Positions 23,501 through 33,993 of a stretch of 33,993 nt of DNA are shown piece by piece. The stretch spans positions 1 to 33,993 of the forward strand of contig RBNJ01000290.1 of the NCBI GenBank assembly GCA_003990765.1. Reading direction: 5' to 3'. The DNA is from Jimgerdemannia flammicorona. Taxonomy: Eukaryota. Position 1 is the first letter of the stretch. Each line of letters opens with the position of its first letter. A program made the translations under genes and the position numbers. The notes under the pieces are model-generated. The model did no database searches and was not told the origin of the DNA. It worked only from the letters and a program-made list of their open reading frames with translations.

Positions 23501-25518
23501 GAAATAGATGAGCTAAAGAAAGTGTTATGAATAGAGGAAGAGGCTCAGCTAAAGGGTATGGTGGTAAGGTTGTGGTGGCAGAGGTTGGAAGAGGGGGAGA
23601 GGTCTACTAGATTTCTTTCATAGTTGCTCCAAGCTTAGAGAACCAGATAGTGGTGGGATGGTATTTTGGATGAGGATGGAGAGATGATGGCAGGAACTCC
23701 TGAGATTTTGGGATTGCTGAGGACTTACTAAAGGAATTTATGGAGTAATGATGAAGGGGGTGAGGATGTCCTGAACATTGAACAACAGCTGGAGGATTGG
23801 CATCCAGATCCAGCACTGGGTCTGGAGATATTGAGAGATCCAGTGTGGGGAGAGAATGTATGCAAGGTCTTGGCTTTGATAAGCAAGGGGACAGCTCCAG
23901 GAGAGGATGAGCTGCCCTGGAATTTTTGGAAGAAGAAGGCTGGGGTAGAGGTGGTATTGGAGAAGATGATGGTGATGAGTAGTGAGGTCCTTTGGTCTGG
24001 AACTTGGATTGGGGGCCAGTACCTTGGGCTGATCTCCTTGCTCTATTAGGATAAGAGAAGAAGAGAAGTTGGAAGAACTGATGACCAATCATGCTCCTTG
24101 ATATAGACTGTAAGCTAGTGACAAAGATCTTGGTGACTAGATTGCAGGGGATCACTCAGCAGATACTAGGAGTAGAGCAGAGGGGATTTGTTGGTGGTCA
24201 GTTGATCCAATATGGAACTGCCTGGGTCTATGGGGTGATTGAAGGGGCTTGGGCAGCTAGGATTGATGGCCAGTTAGTGTTTCTGGATCAGGAGAAAGTG
24301 TATGACAGGGTGAGGAGGGTCTGGCTGAAGGGAGTGTTGAAATATATAAGAGTTCCCCCAGAGGTCCAGAGGTCTTTAATCAGTCTTTTGGAGAACAGTC
24401 AAGTAGTATTGGTGGTGAATGAGCACAGGGGTGTGACTTTTCTGCTAGACCATGGAGTGCCACAAGAGGATCCTTTGTCACTCATCATATATGCCCTTTT
24501 TTTGGAGCCCCTATTGGACAGAATCCAGTATCGAATTGGGGGTTTAGACATTTTGGGGATTAACTAGAAGGTTGGGGCTTTTGTGGATGACAGAGTGGTT
24601 AGACTAGATTCATTAGAGAATGTAGAGAAATTAAGAAGGACTGTAGAATGATATGAGAGGGGCTCAGGTACTTGACTCAACTGGTACAAATGTGAGACTC
24701 TGGTGCTAGGCAGCAGAATAGTTGGTGGTAATGTGATTGGAAAAGTGGTGCCAGCAGGAGAACCAGTCTGATACTTGGGGATATACTTTTCAGTATATGG
24801 GTCCCTTCTGCCCTATATCTGGTAGGAACAGTAGCTACTAGCATGAGAGAATATTCTCTTGAGGTAGGATGGTTGGTATATATCCTTGATAGGAAGGATG
24901 ATGGTGCTGAATGTATATTGGCTGCCAAAGCTGTGGTATGTGGAGTATCATTTAGACTTCTTAGCATGGGTGGTTGGGCAACTTCTGAAGATAACAAGAT
25001 CATAAATTTGGGCCAGGCAGAGAAGTCAGATAGGCTGGGAGATTCTGACTCTACCTGTTGACAGAGACAAGCTGGGCTTAGTGAACTTTACCAAGTATCT
25101 CTATTGCCTGAGAGCATGATGGCTAAAGAGAGCAAGTGAGTTGAGGGGCTGAGAGTGGGTACCACTCATGCAGAGAGTGTGGGAAGTCTGGTATTCCTCT
25201 CATGGAGTGACTGGTGACTTGCTTGCAATAGTGGCTATAGACAGGAGTAGGAGGATGCATTATAAAGACTTTTGGTGGGGAGTGGTGGATGGTACAAGGA
25301 GAATTGGACTTCAGTGGCAGGGTGATGAGAAGGAGGCAGACTGGAGACCACAGATGTAGAGATGGGATAGACTACTGCTGAGAGGTATATTGGTGGAGGA
25401 TTTTCAGCTTGGCAATGGAATGGAATATATATGAGGGCTCAGGGGAGACTTGTGGCCTGAAGCATAGCAAAGGGTGGGGATTGGCAAGGAGTAGGACTGG
25501 AATGGTATTTGGCCTTGA
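20570..25518 (+). mobile_element. L1/Tx1-like non-LTR retrotransposon: ORF1 (~20570-22470) and ORF2 APE endonuclease-RT (from 22473), decayed, 3' end missing
   Basis: APE motifs FSLNINRL, DLFLLQD, LGGNFN (~22874), SRIDWV (~23063) and WSDH (~23140). RT motifs APGEDEL, N**PIMLLDIDCKLVTKIL, QRGFV, FLDQEKVYDRV, GVPQEDPLS and AFVDD (~24578). ORF1 has an RRM-like segment (VKEYGEIVDIG). No poly(A) tail. Confidence 0.92.
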
Positions 25519-26310
25519 GATATCATTGGACCACTACCAGTAACAATATCAGGAAACTACTATATTATAGTTATTGTAGACCTCTTTTCCAAATAGATAG
25601 AAGCAGGAGTATTACAAGAAGCCAATGCTCTCTCTATAGCCGACTTCCTGTACTGAGAAATCATCTGTTGCTATAAGACACCAAGGCAAATCACCATAGA
25701 CTGTGGCACAGAATTTATCAATGAATTCTATGAGATAATATATCAGAAATATAAGATTCAGCACATCAAGACCACTGCATACCACCCTCAAGAAAATGGA
25801 CAGACAGAAAGAACCAACAAGACCCTCAAGAACATCCTGGTGAAAATCTCAGACATATATGAGAATTGAGATAACTACCTCCTAACTGCCCTCTCTGTTC
25901 TATGAGACATGTAGTCACAGAGCACATACTTTACTCCAAGAGAACTGCTCTTTAGAGAAGAAGATTCTGATGGAACCTCAGCCACAAATCTAGACCTAAC
26001 TTAGAGACAGATCAATGCAGAAATCTGGAGATTACACCAAATCAGGAAGAAGGCCATCAATAAGTTACAAGTACTGATAAGGAAGAATGCAGAAAAGAAT
26101 CACAAGACCCTAGAACTCATCCAAATCAGAGAAAAGGTCCTACTGTATCAAAATATGATAGAAGCCTCATGGTTGCAAAAACTGGAGCCTAAATGGGAAG
26201 AACTCTTCTATATGTAAGATATTAAGAGAACTATCTTCTGGTTTAGAAAAATCTCAGGAACTATACTGTCTACTACAGTATACAGGAACAGACTCAAGAA
26301 GTACTATGAA
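25519..26310 (+). mobile_element. Ty3/gypsy integrase (rve plus C-terminal region) of the element ending in LTR copy A
   Basis: DIIGPLPVTISGNYYIIVIVDLFSK*IEA, QITIDCGTEF, TTAYHPQENGQTERTNKTLK, KLEPKWEELF, RNRLKKYYEP. Confidence 0.92.
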
Positions 26311-26673
26311 CCTATACAAGAGAAGCAAAATGTGATAACTGCCTGAGAGATTCTAGTCTGTGAATCATAACAGCATATCCTGTGACTGGCAGGCTTTCTG
26401 TCTGAACTATTCTCTAAAAGATACAGCACCAGCAACTACTCATCCATGAGACTTTTAAAGCCAGAGGAATTCAAACCATCAACTGATTGATCAAGATCAG
26501 AATCAGGCCCTTGCTCTATATGAAGGGAGTGACCCTTTACCATTATACCAAAATATATAGAGAAGATACCAGTCCATAAATACCACTTTTCAACCCCTTA
26601 CTAGAGGTTATGGGATCAGCAAATTTTTCAGAACTGGACCAATGAATAAGGATATTCAAGAAGATCCTTATTT

Positions 26674-26683
26674 AGGAGGAAGA
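26674..26683 (+). promoter_or_regulatory. Polypurine tract preceding the 3' LTR
   Basis: aggaggaaga lies immediately before TGTAAC, the position where similarity to the two solo LTRs begins. Confidence 0.75.
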
Positions 26684-28258
26684 TGTAACACTGATCCCAG
26701 AATAATGACATCAGTACAAGAGATAGCCTTTTCTTGCAAGTTACCAGATTGGAATATAAGAAGATCATATAGCATATAAGATGAGCAATTATGACCCACC
26801 GTGAGTCATTTTGATCACAGTATAGGTATCTTGAGGAATATAAAAGAAGAATTAAGGAACTGTAGTAGCAGTAACTCAACAAGACCCACCAATCCCAAAA
26901 TAGCTCAAAGGCTTACCACAAATGAAATGTCTGCTGCTCACTAAACCTCAAGGTCAAGAAACCACCAAGATACCTCAGTTGAAGAAAGGATGTTTCAAGA
27001 CATCTGAAGAGCCATGAGGACCTGCACAAGAAGGACTTCTAGTGTTAACCTGGGCACTAGTGACCCTTATCACTATATTCTCTACTACTGTAAAATAGAA
27101 ACAAGGATCACCATTACTACCAAATACCTCCAAATATAGCAGGAGTATGAAATAGGAAACCTCCTCTGCTGGGAGTTCCCATAGGCCAGCCCTCAAGAGT
27201 TATAAGATACCACTCTCATAGATATATAAAACAAGAACAGCTAAAAAGATTCATCAGATCTTCAGGTATGTACCATGGTCAATCTCCAACTTAGAGTATG
27301 TTAGAGTCTCAGACTTCAGAGACCTGTCAGCTCACCATATCAATGCACTAGAAGCCAGAGTAGCTATAGAAGCCCAGTCTACTATCATCCTCAATAGTGA
27401 TAAAGTAGAAGACTTCTGGCATCCCATTCTCCAGGACAACTCAGACTAATTTCTGCAAGGATTGGTCTCAGTATTCTAAGGCCCAAGTATCCAGATTAGA
27501 CCTCCCTAAGACTTCACATTTGTTCCCTATTTTGTGGAAGAGAACCTTGTAGACTGGAGAGCTCTAGACCTCCTTGTTTCTACTACCACCAAATATGATG
27601 ACATCATTGCCAATGATGTCATCCTGCATGATATATGCAAAACATGTGACTTATGTAATAATGATGATGATGAGATAGATGCAACATTCATGGACCTCAT
27701 CTCTTTCAAAGATATCCTAATGAGGATAAAACCACTATAGTCTTGAACATTCTGCTCTAAGTCCTTTGGTTATACTTAATAATACCAGTACCCTTTTCCT
27801 ATATAACAGCTATTCCTCCATCAGTATTCTGATGTGACTCAGAATTATTCCAGCACTATTTTCCTGTATCACTGAAATTATACCAGTATTCTGAATCTAT
27901 ACAACCATCAGTGCTGACACTGGAACTTAGCAGTTTTCCATATTCTGGCATTTTATTTTAGTTATTGGAATTTATATTTAGCTTTATATCTTAGCAATCA
28001 TTGAATTATATTTTGTATAAATATCCCTCTTATTTCTTCTGAAATAAAGTTAGTTCTAGTTCACTTATGTATATACAATCTCTTGCAGACAATCTAAGAG
28101 ATAACAGGATAGTTTAAAGATAAGAAGTTTGATGACTATAAGACCTTGGGAAGGCACTCCAATAAGAACTTGTTTATAACAAACTTGAGTTAGTCTAAGA
28201 GATATACCTTAAAGAGAGTCTGATGTATTTGAAGAACTCAGTGACCACTATGTATAAC
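26684..28258 (+). mobile_element. LTR copy A (3' LTR, ~1.57 kb)
   Basis: Starts TGTAAC after the PPT, ends ...ctcagtgaccactatgtataaca, and is collinear with the reverse complements of 29024-30536 and 31075-33105. TATAAATA at 28016 and AATAAA at 28042. The right boundary is uncertain by a few bp. Confidence 0.88.
26927..27760 (+). pseudogene. Decayed ~280-codon ORF of unknown function inside the LTR (copy A)
   Basis: ATG at 26927. The frame is shared with copies B (~29500-30285, minus) and C (31581-32420, minus, 840 nt). Most stops in one copy are CAA/CAG/AGA in another. Confidence 0.65.
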
Positions 28259-29023
28259 AATACCAAGGTCTTTTCTAAATTAGATCTTTATTCTGATTAT
28301 CATCAAGTCTGTATCAAGAAAGAAGATGTTTCTAAGACCACTTTCAAGATATGCTGTAGTTTATAGGAATTCTTGATCATATCATTTAATCTTACCAATG
28401 TACTACCAACCTTTTAAAGATTGATTATATTCCATAACCATATCTTAATATCTTTATTATTAACTACTTAGATGCCATTCTGATATTAAATATATCAGAA
28501 AAAGAACACTTTAAGTATCTTAGATAAATGTTCAAGAAATTATAAAAAAATAAGCTTTACTGTAAGCTTAACAAATATAAGTTCTTCAAGAAGGAGAGAG
28601 AATATCTTGACTATATTATCTCAGCCAACAGTATTTAGCCTGACCCTAAGAAGGTTTAAACAGTCTCAGATTGATCTATTCTAATAAATATTTATAATAT
28701 CAGGTCTTTTTTGAGACTATCAGAATACTATTACTGATTCATTAAAGGCTATTTTTATATTGTCAAGTCTATGACTAAATTGTTGTAAATCAGTAACCCA
28801 TTTCAATAGACTCCTTCCTGCCAAGAGATATTTCAAACCCTAAAGACAAAATTAATAACTGTATCTACTTTATATAACTCAGACCCAGCTCTATACTTTA
28901 CAGTTACTACAGATATATGGAGATATATAATTGATGCAGTACTATTTCAAGATATAAGCAAAGAACTCTAGTCAGTTATATATTCTTCATGAAAGTTGAA
29001 TGAGACTGAATAAAAATATATAT

Positions 29024-30536
29024 TTTCATGTAGTGGTTACTGAGTCCTTCAAATATGTCAGATTCTCTTCAAGGTATATCTCTTAGACTAACTCAAGTTT
29101 GTTATAAGCAAGTTCTTATTGAAATGCCTTCTCAAGGTCTTATAGTCCTCAAACTTCTTATCTTTAAACTGTCTTGTTATCTCTTTAGATTGCTTGCAAG
29201 GAATTGTATATATTACACAAAAGAACTGACTTTATTTTGAAGGAAATAAGAGGGATATTTATCCAAAATGTAGTTTAAAAGTTAATAAGATATAAAGCTA
29301 AATATAAATTCCAATAACCAAATAAAATACTAGAATACAGAAAACTACAGTTTTTGGTATAGATTTCAGTATTGGTATAGATGATTATATAAGAAAAAGA
29401 TGCTGGAAGAATTCTGAGTTATATAAGATCAGAATGTCAGTAGAAGGATTAACTGTTATATAGAAAAAGGATGCTAGTAGAACTCAGTATTATCAAGAAC
29501 TTAAAGCAGAATGTTCAGGACCATGTGGGCTTCATCCTCATCATTGTTGAAGGAGATGAGATATGCAAATGCTTTATTCATTTTGCATATATCATATATT
29601 TCATATATGTCACATAAGATGATGTCATCATTGATGACATCATCACATTTGGCAGGGGCTCTCCAATCTATGACATTCTCTTCAACAAAATAAAGAACAA
29701 ATGTGGAGTCTTAGAGAGGTCTGATCTGGATGCTGGGGCCTTGAAATACTGAGATCAATCTTTATAAGAACTGATCTGAGTTGTTCTGAAGAATGGGATA
29801 CCAGAACTCTTCTACCTTATCACTATTGAGAGTGATAGTGGACTGGACCTCTGTAGCTACCATGGCTTCTAGTGCATTGATATGACAGGCTAACAGACTG
29901 AGACTTTGATATACTCCAAGTTAAGGATCACTCATAGTATATGCCTGAAGATCTGATGAATCTTCTTGACTATCCTGATTTCATATATATCTATGGGAGT
30001 GGTATCTTGTAGCTCTTGAGGGCTAGCTTGAGAGAATTCCCAGTAGAGGAAGTTTCCTATTTCATATTCTTACTACATCTGGGGGCATTTGATAGTAATG
30101 GTGATTCTTGTTTCCATCTTGCAGTAGTAGAGTATATAATGATAAGGATCATCAGTACCTAGGTTGACACTAGGAGTCCTTGTGGTACATGTTCTTATGG
30201 CTCTTCAGATGTCTTAAAACATTCTTTTCTAGACTGAGGGGCCTTAGTGATTCCTTGATCTTAAGGTTTGATAAGCAGCAGGTATTTTGTTATAGTAAGT
30301 CTTTAGAACTATTTCTGTGAGCTTGTTCAGATTACTGCTACTGTAGTTTCTTGATCCTTCTTTTATATTCCTTGAGACATCTGTCTTGTGGTCATAACAA
30401 CTCATAGTTGATCATTATTACTCATCTTATAGCCTGAGTGAGTTATGCTGTATGATCTTCTTATACTCTGATCTGGTGGCTTGCAAGAAAAGACTATCTC
30501 CTGTACTGATGTCATCATTCTGAGGTCACTATTACA
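29024..30536 (-). mobile_element. Solo LTR copy B
   Basis: Reverse-complement homolog of 26684-28258, flanked by ATAT (29020-29023 and 30537-30540). It interrupts the host RNase H. Confidence 0.88.
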
Positions 30537-31074
30537 ATATGCTACTTATGAAAAAGAACTTCTGGCTATCCATAAAGCTCTATAAAATTTGCAATATTAT
30601 CTCAAAAGCCAAGACTTTGATATTATCACTGATTATAAGTAAATCATATACTTTAACTTGAGTCTCTATTTATTTTCAAATATACAAAATAGATCAAGTA
30701 TATTTAAGCTTTTAATATCAAGATTATCTATAAGCCAAATAAGATAAATATAGTAACTAATGTCCTATTAAAAAGGCCTGATCTTAGTGCCATTAAGGTG
30801 ATTCTAGACAAGACTCTTTTGGATAAACTAAAAGAAGAATACCACCAGAAGCTGATCCAAAAGAAATTTTTACAAGTTTACCAAAAGAATGTAAGATTAC
30901 TGATAGAATTATATATAAGAATGATAAAATATATATCCCAAATTCCAATAATCTTCACTTTAAGATTCTCTGACTCTCTTCTTACTGGTCACATGAGATA
31001 TCAGAAAACTATCTACAATATCTGACATTATTTCTTCTGGCCTGTAATGAATCAAGATATCAAGAAATATATAT

Positions 31075-33105
31075 TGTCACATAGTAGTCACTGAGTCCTT
31101 CAAATATATCAGATTCTCTTCAAGGTGTATCTCTTAGACTAACCACAAGTTCGTTATAAGCAAGTTCTTATTGGAGTGCCTTCCCAAGATCTTATAGTTC
31201 TCAAACTTCTTATCTTTAAACTGTCTTGTTATCTCTTAGATTGCTTGCATGGAATTGAGGATAAATGAACTGAAACTGACTTTATTTCAAAGGAAATAAG
31301 AGTGGTATTTATACAAAATATAATTAAATTATTGCTAAGTTATAAAGCTAAATATAAATTCCAATAACCAAATAAAATACTGGAACACAAAAAACTATGA
31401 TTGTAAGTACAAGTTCAAGTATCTGTATAAATAGTTGCACAAGTTCAGGATGCTAGCAGAATTTCAGTAGTATAGAAAAAGAATACCAGAAGAATTTCTG
31501 AGTTACATAAGATCAGAATGCCAGAAGAATAATAGTTATACAGAAAAAGAATACTGGTAGAATCCAGTGTTATCAAGAACTCAGAGCAGAATATTCAGGA
31601 CTATGGGGGCTTCATATTCATCACTATTATCAAGGCTAGAGGTCAGGGACAGGATGTCTTCAAAGGAGATGAGGTTCACGAAAGCTTTATCTATTTTACA
31701 TATTTCACCTATATCATGCAGGATGATGTCCTCATTGATGATGTCATCTTATTTGGTGGCTGAGAAAGCAAGGAGATTCAGGGCTCTCCAATCTATGACA
31801 TTCTCTTCTACAAAATAAGAAACAAATGTAGGGTGTTGGGGAAGTCTAATCCAAAAGCTAGGGCCTTAGAATGCTGAGATCAATTCTTATAAAAATTGAT
31901 CAGAATTGTCCTCAAAAATAGGATTCCAGAACTCTCCTACCTCATCACTATTGAGAGTGATAGTGGACTGGGCTTCTGTGGCTATTATGGCCTCTAGTGT
32001 ATTGGTATAGTGGACTGACAGTTTCTTGAAGTCTGAGGTTTTAGTATACTTCAAGTTGGGGATTGACCATAGTACATACCTGAAGACCTGATGAATATTC
32101 TTAGCTATTATTATCTCATATACATCCATAGGAGTAGCATCTTGTATTTCTTGATGACTAGTCTGAGGGAATTCCCAGCAGAGGATATTTCTTATTTCAT
32201 ACTCCTGCTATATCCAGAGGCATTCAGTAGCCATGGTGATCCTTGTTTCCATTTTATAGCAGTAGAGAATATAATGATAACAGTCACTAGTACCCAGGTT
32301 AAGGCTAGGAGTCCTTCTTGTCTGAGTCCTCATGGCTCTTCTGATGTCTTGAAATATCTTTTTCTGGACTAAGGGGTCTTGGTAGTTTCTGGACCTTGAG
32401 GTTTGGCAAGTGGCAGGTATTTTTTTTGTGGTAAGTCTTTAGAACTATTTCTGTAAGCTTTATTTAGGCTACTGCTACTGTGGTTTCTTGATCCTTCTTT
32501 TATATTCCTCAAGATTTCTGTCTTGTGGTCATAAGGACTCATAGTTGGTCATCATTACTCATCTTGTAGCCTGGATTAGTACTCCCAAATGAGTCGAATC
32601 AATTTGAATCAAATCAAATTGAGGGTTAAATGAGTCAAATCGAATTGGGGATTTTTCAATTCGAATTAATTCAAATCGAATCAAAAGTCAAATTGAATTG
32701 AGGGTCTGATTCAAACCCTAATTTTCAAAATGTAATAACTCAGCATAAACTCATCCAAATCTAATGTACTTTAGCTTGTTAGAATCACATTAATACGGTG
32801 AATCTAACAAGCTAAAATATGTTAAATTTAAATGAGTTTTCATCGAGTTATTACATTTTGAAAATTAAGATTCAAATCGAACTTCGAATTGAATTGGACC
32901 TTTGATTCAATTCAAATCAAATTGAATTGGACCCTTGATTTGATCGAATCGAATTGAGTTTGAGCCAAATTCGATTCAATTCGATTTGTTGGGAGCACTA
33001 GCCTGGATGAGTCATGTCATATGATCTTCTTATGCTCTGATCTAATTACTTGTAAGAAAAGGCTGTCTCTTGTACTGATATCATCATTCTGAGGTCACCA
33101 TTACA
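31075..33105 (-). mobile_element. Solo LTR copy C (contains the MITE)
   Basis: TGTCAC...TTACA ends, flanked by ATAT (31071-31074 and 33106-33109). Removing it plus one ATAT restores the host frame KKYISIYNH. Confidence 0.9.
32577..33000. mobile_element. hAT-type MITE, 424 bp, fold-back structure
   Basis: TIRs tagtactcccaa / ttgggagcacta match at 11/12. The 8-bp TSD gcctggat is perfect (32569-32576 and 33001-33008). The element is absent from the homologous site in LTR copy B (~30430). It has internal inverted arms and GAATC/GATTC subterminal motifs. Confidence 0.93.
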
Positions 33106-33993
33106 ATATCTATCTACAATCACTATCAAGAACAAGACATCAAGATCACAGCCATATGGTCTACTCCAATCTCTCTCAGTTTTAGCTACAAAATAGAAAT
33201 AAGCCACAATAGACTATATTGTTTAACTACTCAAGATATCTTAAGGAAATGATGTCATTATTATCTTTGTTAACTATCTTAACAAAACTATCAAGTTGGA
33301 GTCAACCAAGACTAATGCCACTACCTCTGATATTTAAGACAATTCTTCCAAATTATGGTCTTCTAAAGATTATAATTAGTAATTAAGATCTGAAATTTAC
33401 AAGTCATTTCTGACAGATATTATTCAAGACACTTGAAGCCCAAGAAGCTCTAAGTACAGCATACTACCTACAGACTAACAGACAAACTGAGCAAGTAAAC
33501 CAGACCCTTAAGTAGATATTAAGAATCTATATTTCTTATAAACTAGACAACTGAGAACAATATCTTATCTTAATTGAGTTTGTCTATAATAACTCAGTTC
33601 AAGTCTCAATAGGCTTTATATCTTTTAAGTTACTATATGGTCAAGATATACAAACTCCATCAAGTCTACTTGTTTAAGTTGAGAAAGAACTTTTTAATAT
33701 TTCCATTACCTAAGACCTCATTGATGATATAGCTACAATAATTTAAGTTGTTAAGAACAATTTAATCAAAGCTCAGATATGTTAAGTCAAATATACCAAT
33801 ACTAGAAAACAAGAGATCAAATTCAAGATCAGTGATCAAGTACTCTTATCTACTATAAATATCAATTTGATATCTCAGATTAACCATTCTTCTAAAAAAC
33901 TCAATCAAAATACATTAGTCTTTATGAGATACTTGAACAAGTATCTCCTATCTCTTTGTTGGTATTGAAATGTAGCCAAATTTGGCTGCAAAA

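Larger units (their letters stand above)
28259..33950 (+). mobile_element. Host Ty3/gypsy pol (RT, RNase H, integrase), decayed and split by two solo LTRs
   Basis: KVFSKLDLYSDYHQV, FNLTN, YLDAILI (RT). YSS*KLNETE*KY|ATYEKELLAI (RNase H) is interrupted at 29024-30536. FFWPVMNQDIKKYI|SIYNHYQ (zinc-binding domain) is interrupted at 31075-33105. IISN*DLKFTSHF and STAYYLQTNRQTEQVNQTL (rve). Confidence 0.92.

Noticed and set aside
20562..25003. Long minus-strand Ser/Pro/Leu-rich ORFs (e.g. 21283..21861, 23607..24155)
   Set aside because: They are antisense shadows of the G-rich LINE coding strand.
26975..32372. Similar ORFs 26975..27196 (-), 27527..27709 (-), 29511..29693 (+), 31567..31818 (+) and 32091..32372 (+) as a gene family
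   Set aside because: They are antisense to the longer shared LTR frame, and their similarity simply reflects the three LTR copies.
33957..33993. TGTTGG start and the palindrome gtagccaaatttggctgc, a possible new insertion
   Set aside because: It is cut off by the window edge and cannot be evaluated.

Overview
Eukaryotic, most likely fungal, repeat-rich DNA with no intact protein-coding gene that I can support. A Mucoromycota-type origin is my inference from the gene and transposon families and the CpG loss. CpG-retaining islands (~1-1090, ~5850-9790, ~15720-16715) alternate sharply with blocks almost devoid of CpG and full of C>T/G>A stop codons. The islands hold a frameshifted F-box/LRR pseudogene and an ankyrin fragment, and a decayed TPR fragment lies in the first CpG-poor block. 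The mobile elements are: (i) a ~6-kb IS630/Tc1/mariner-type DNA transposon (9771-15756) with 20-bp TIRs, an intron-split DD130E transposase pseudogene, and modular 28/20-bp repeat arrays in alternating orientation within its introns and subterminal regions; (ii) two related L1/Tx1-like LINE copies; (iii) several Ty3/gypsy pol fragments; (iv) three copies of an unusual ~1.5-1.6-kb LTR that appears to carry a ~280-codon ORF in U3, two of them solo LTRs with ATAT 4-bp target duplications; (v) a young fold-back hAT-type MITE with an 8-bp TSD. All translations, counts and coordinates were read by eye and no searches were run.
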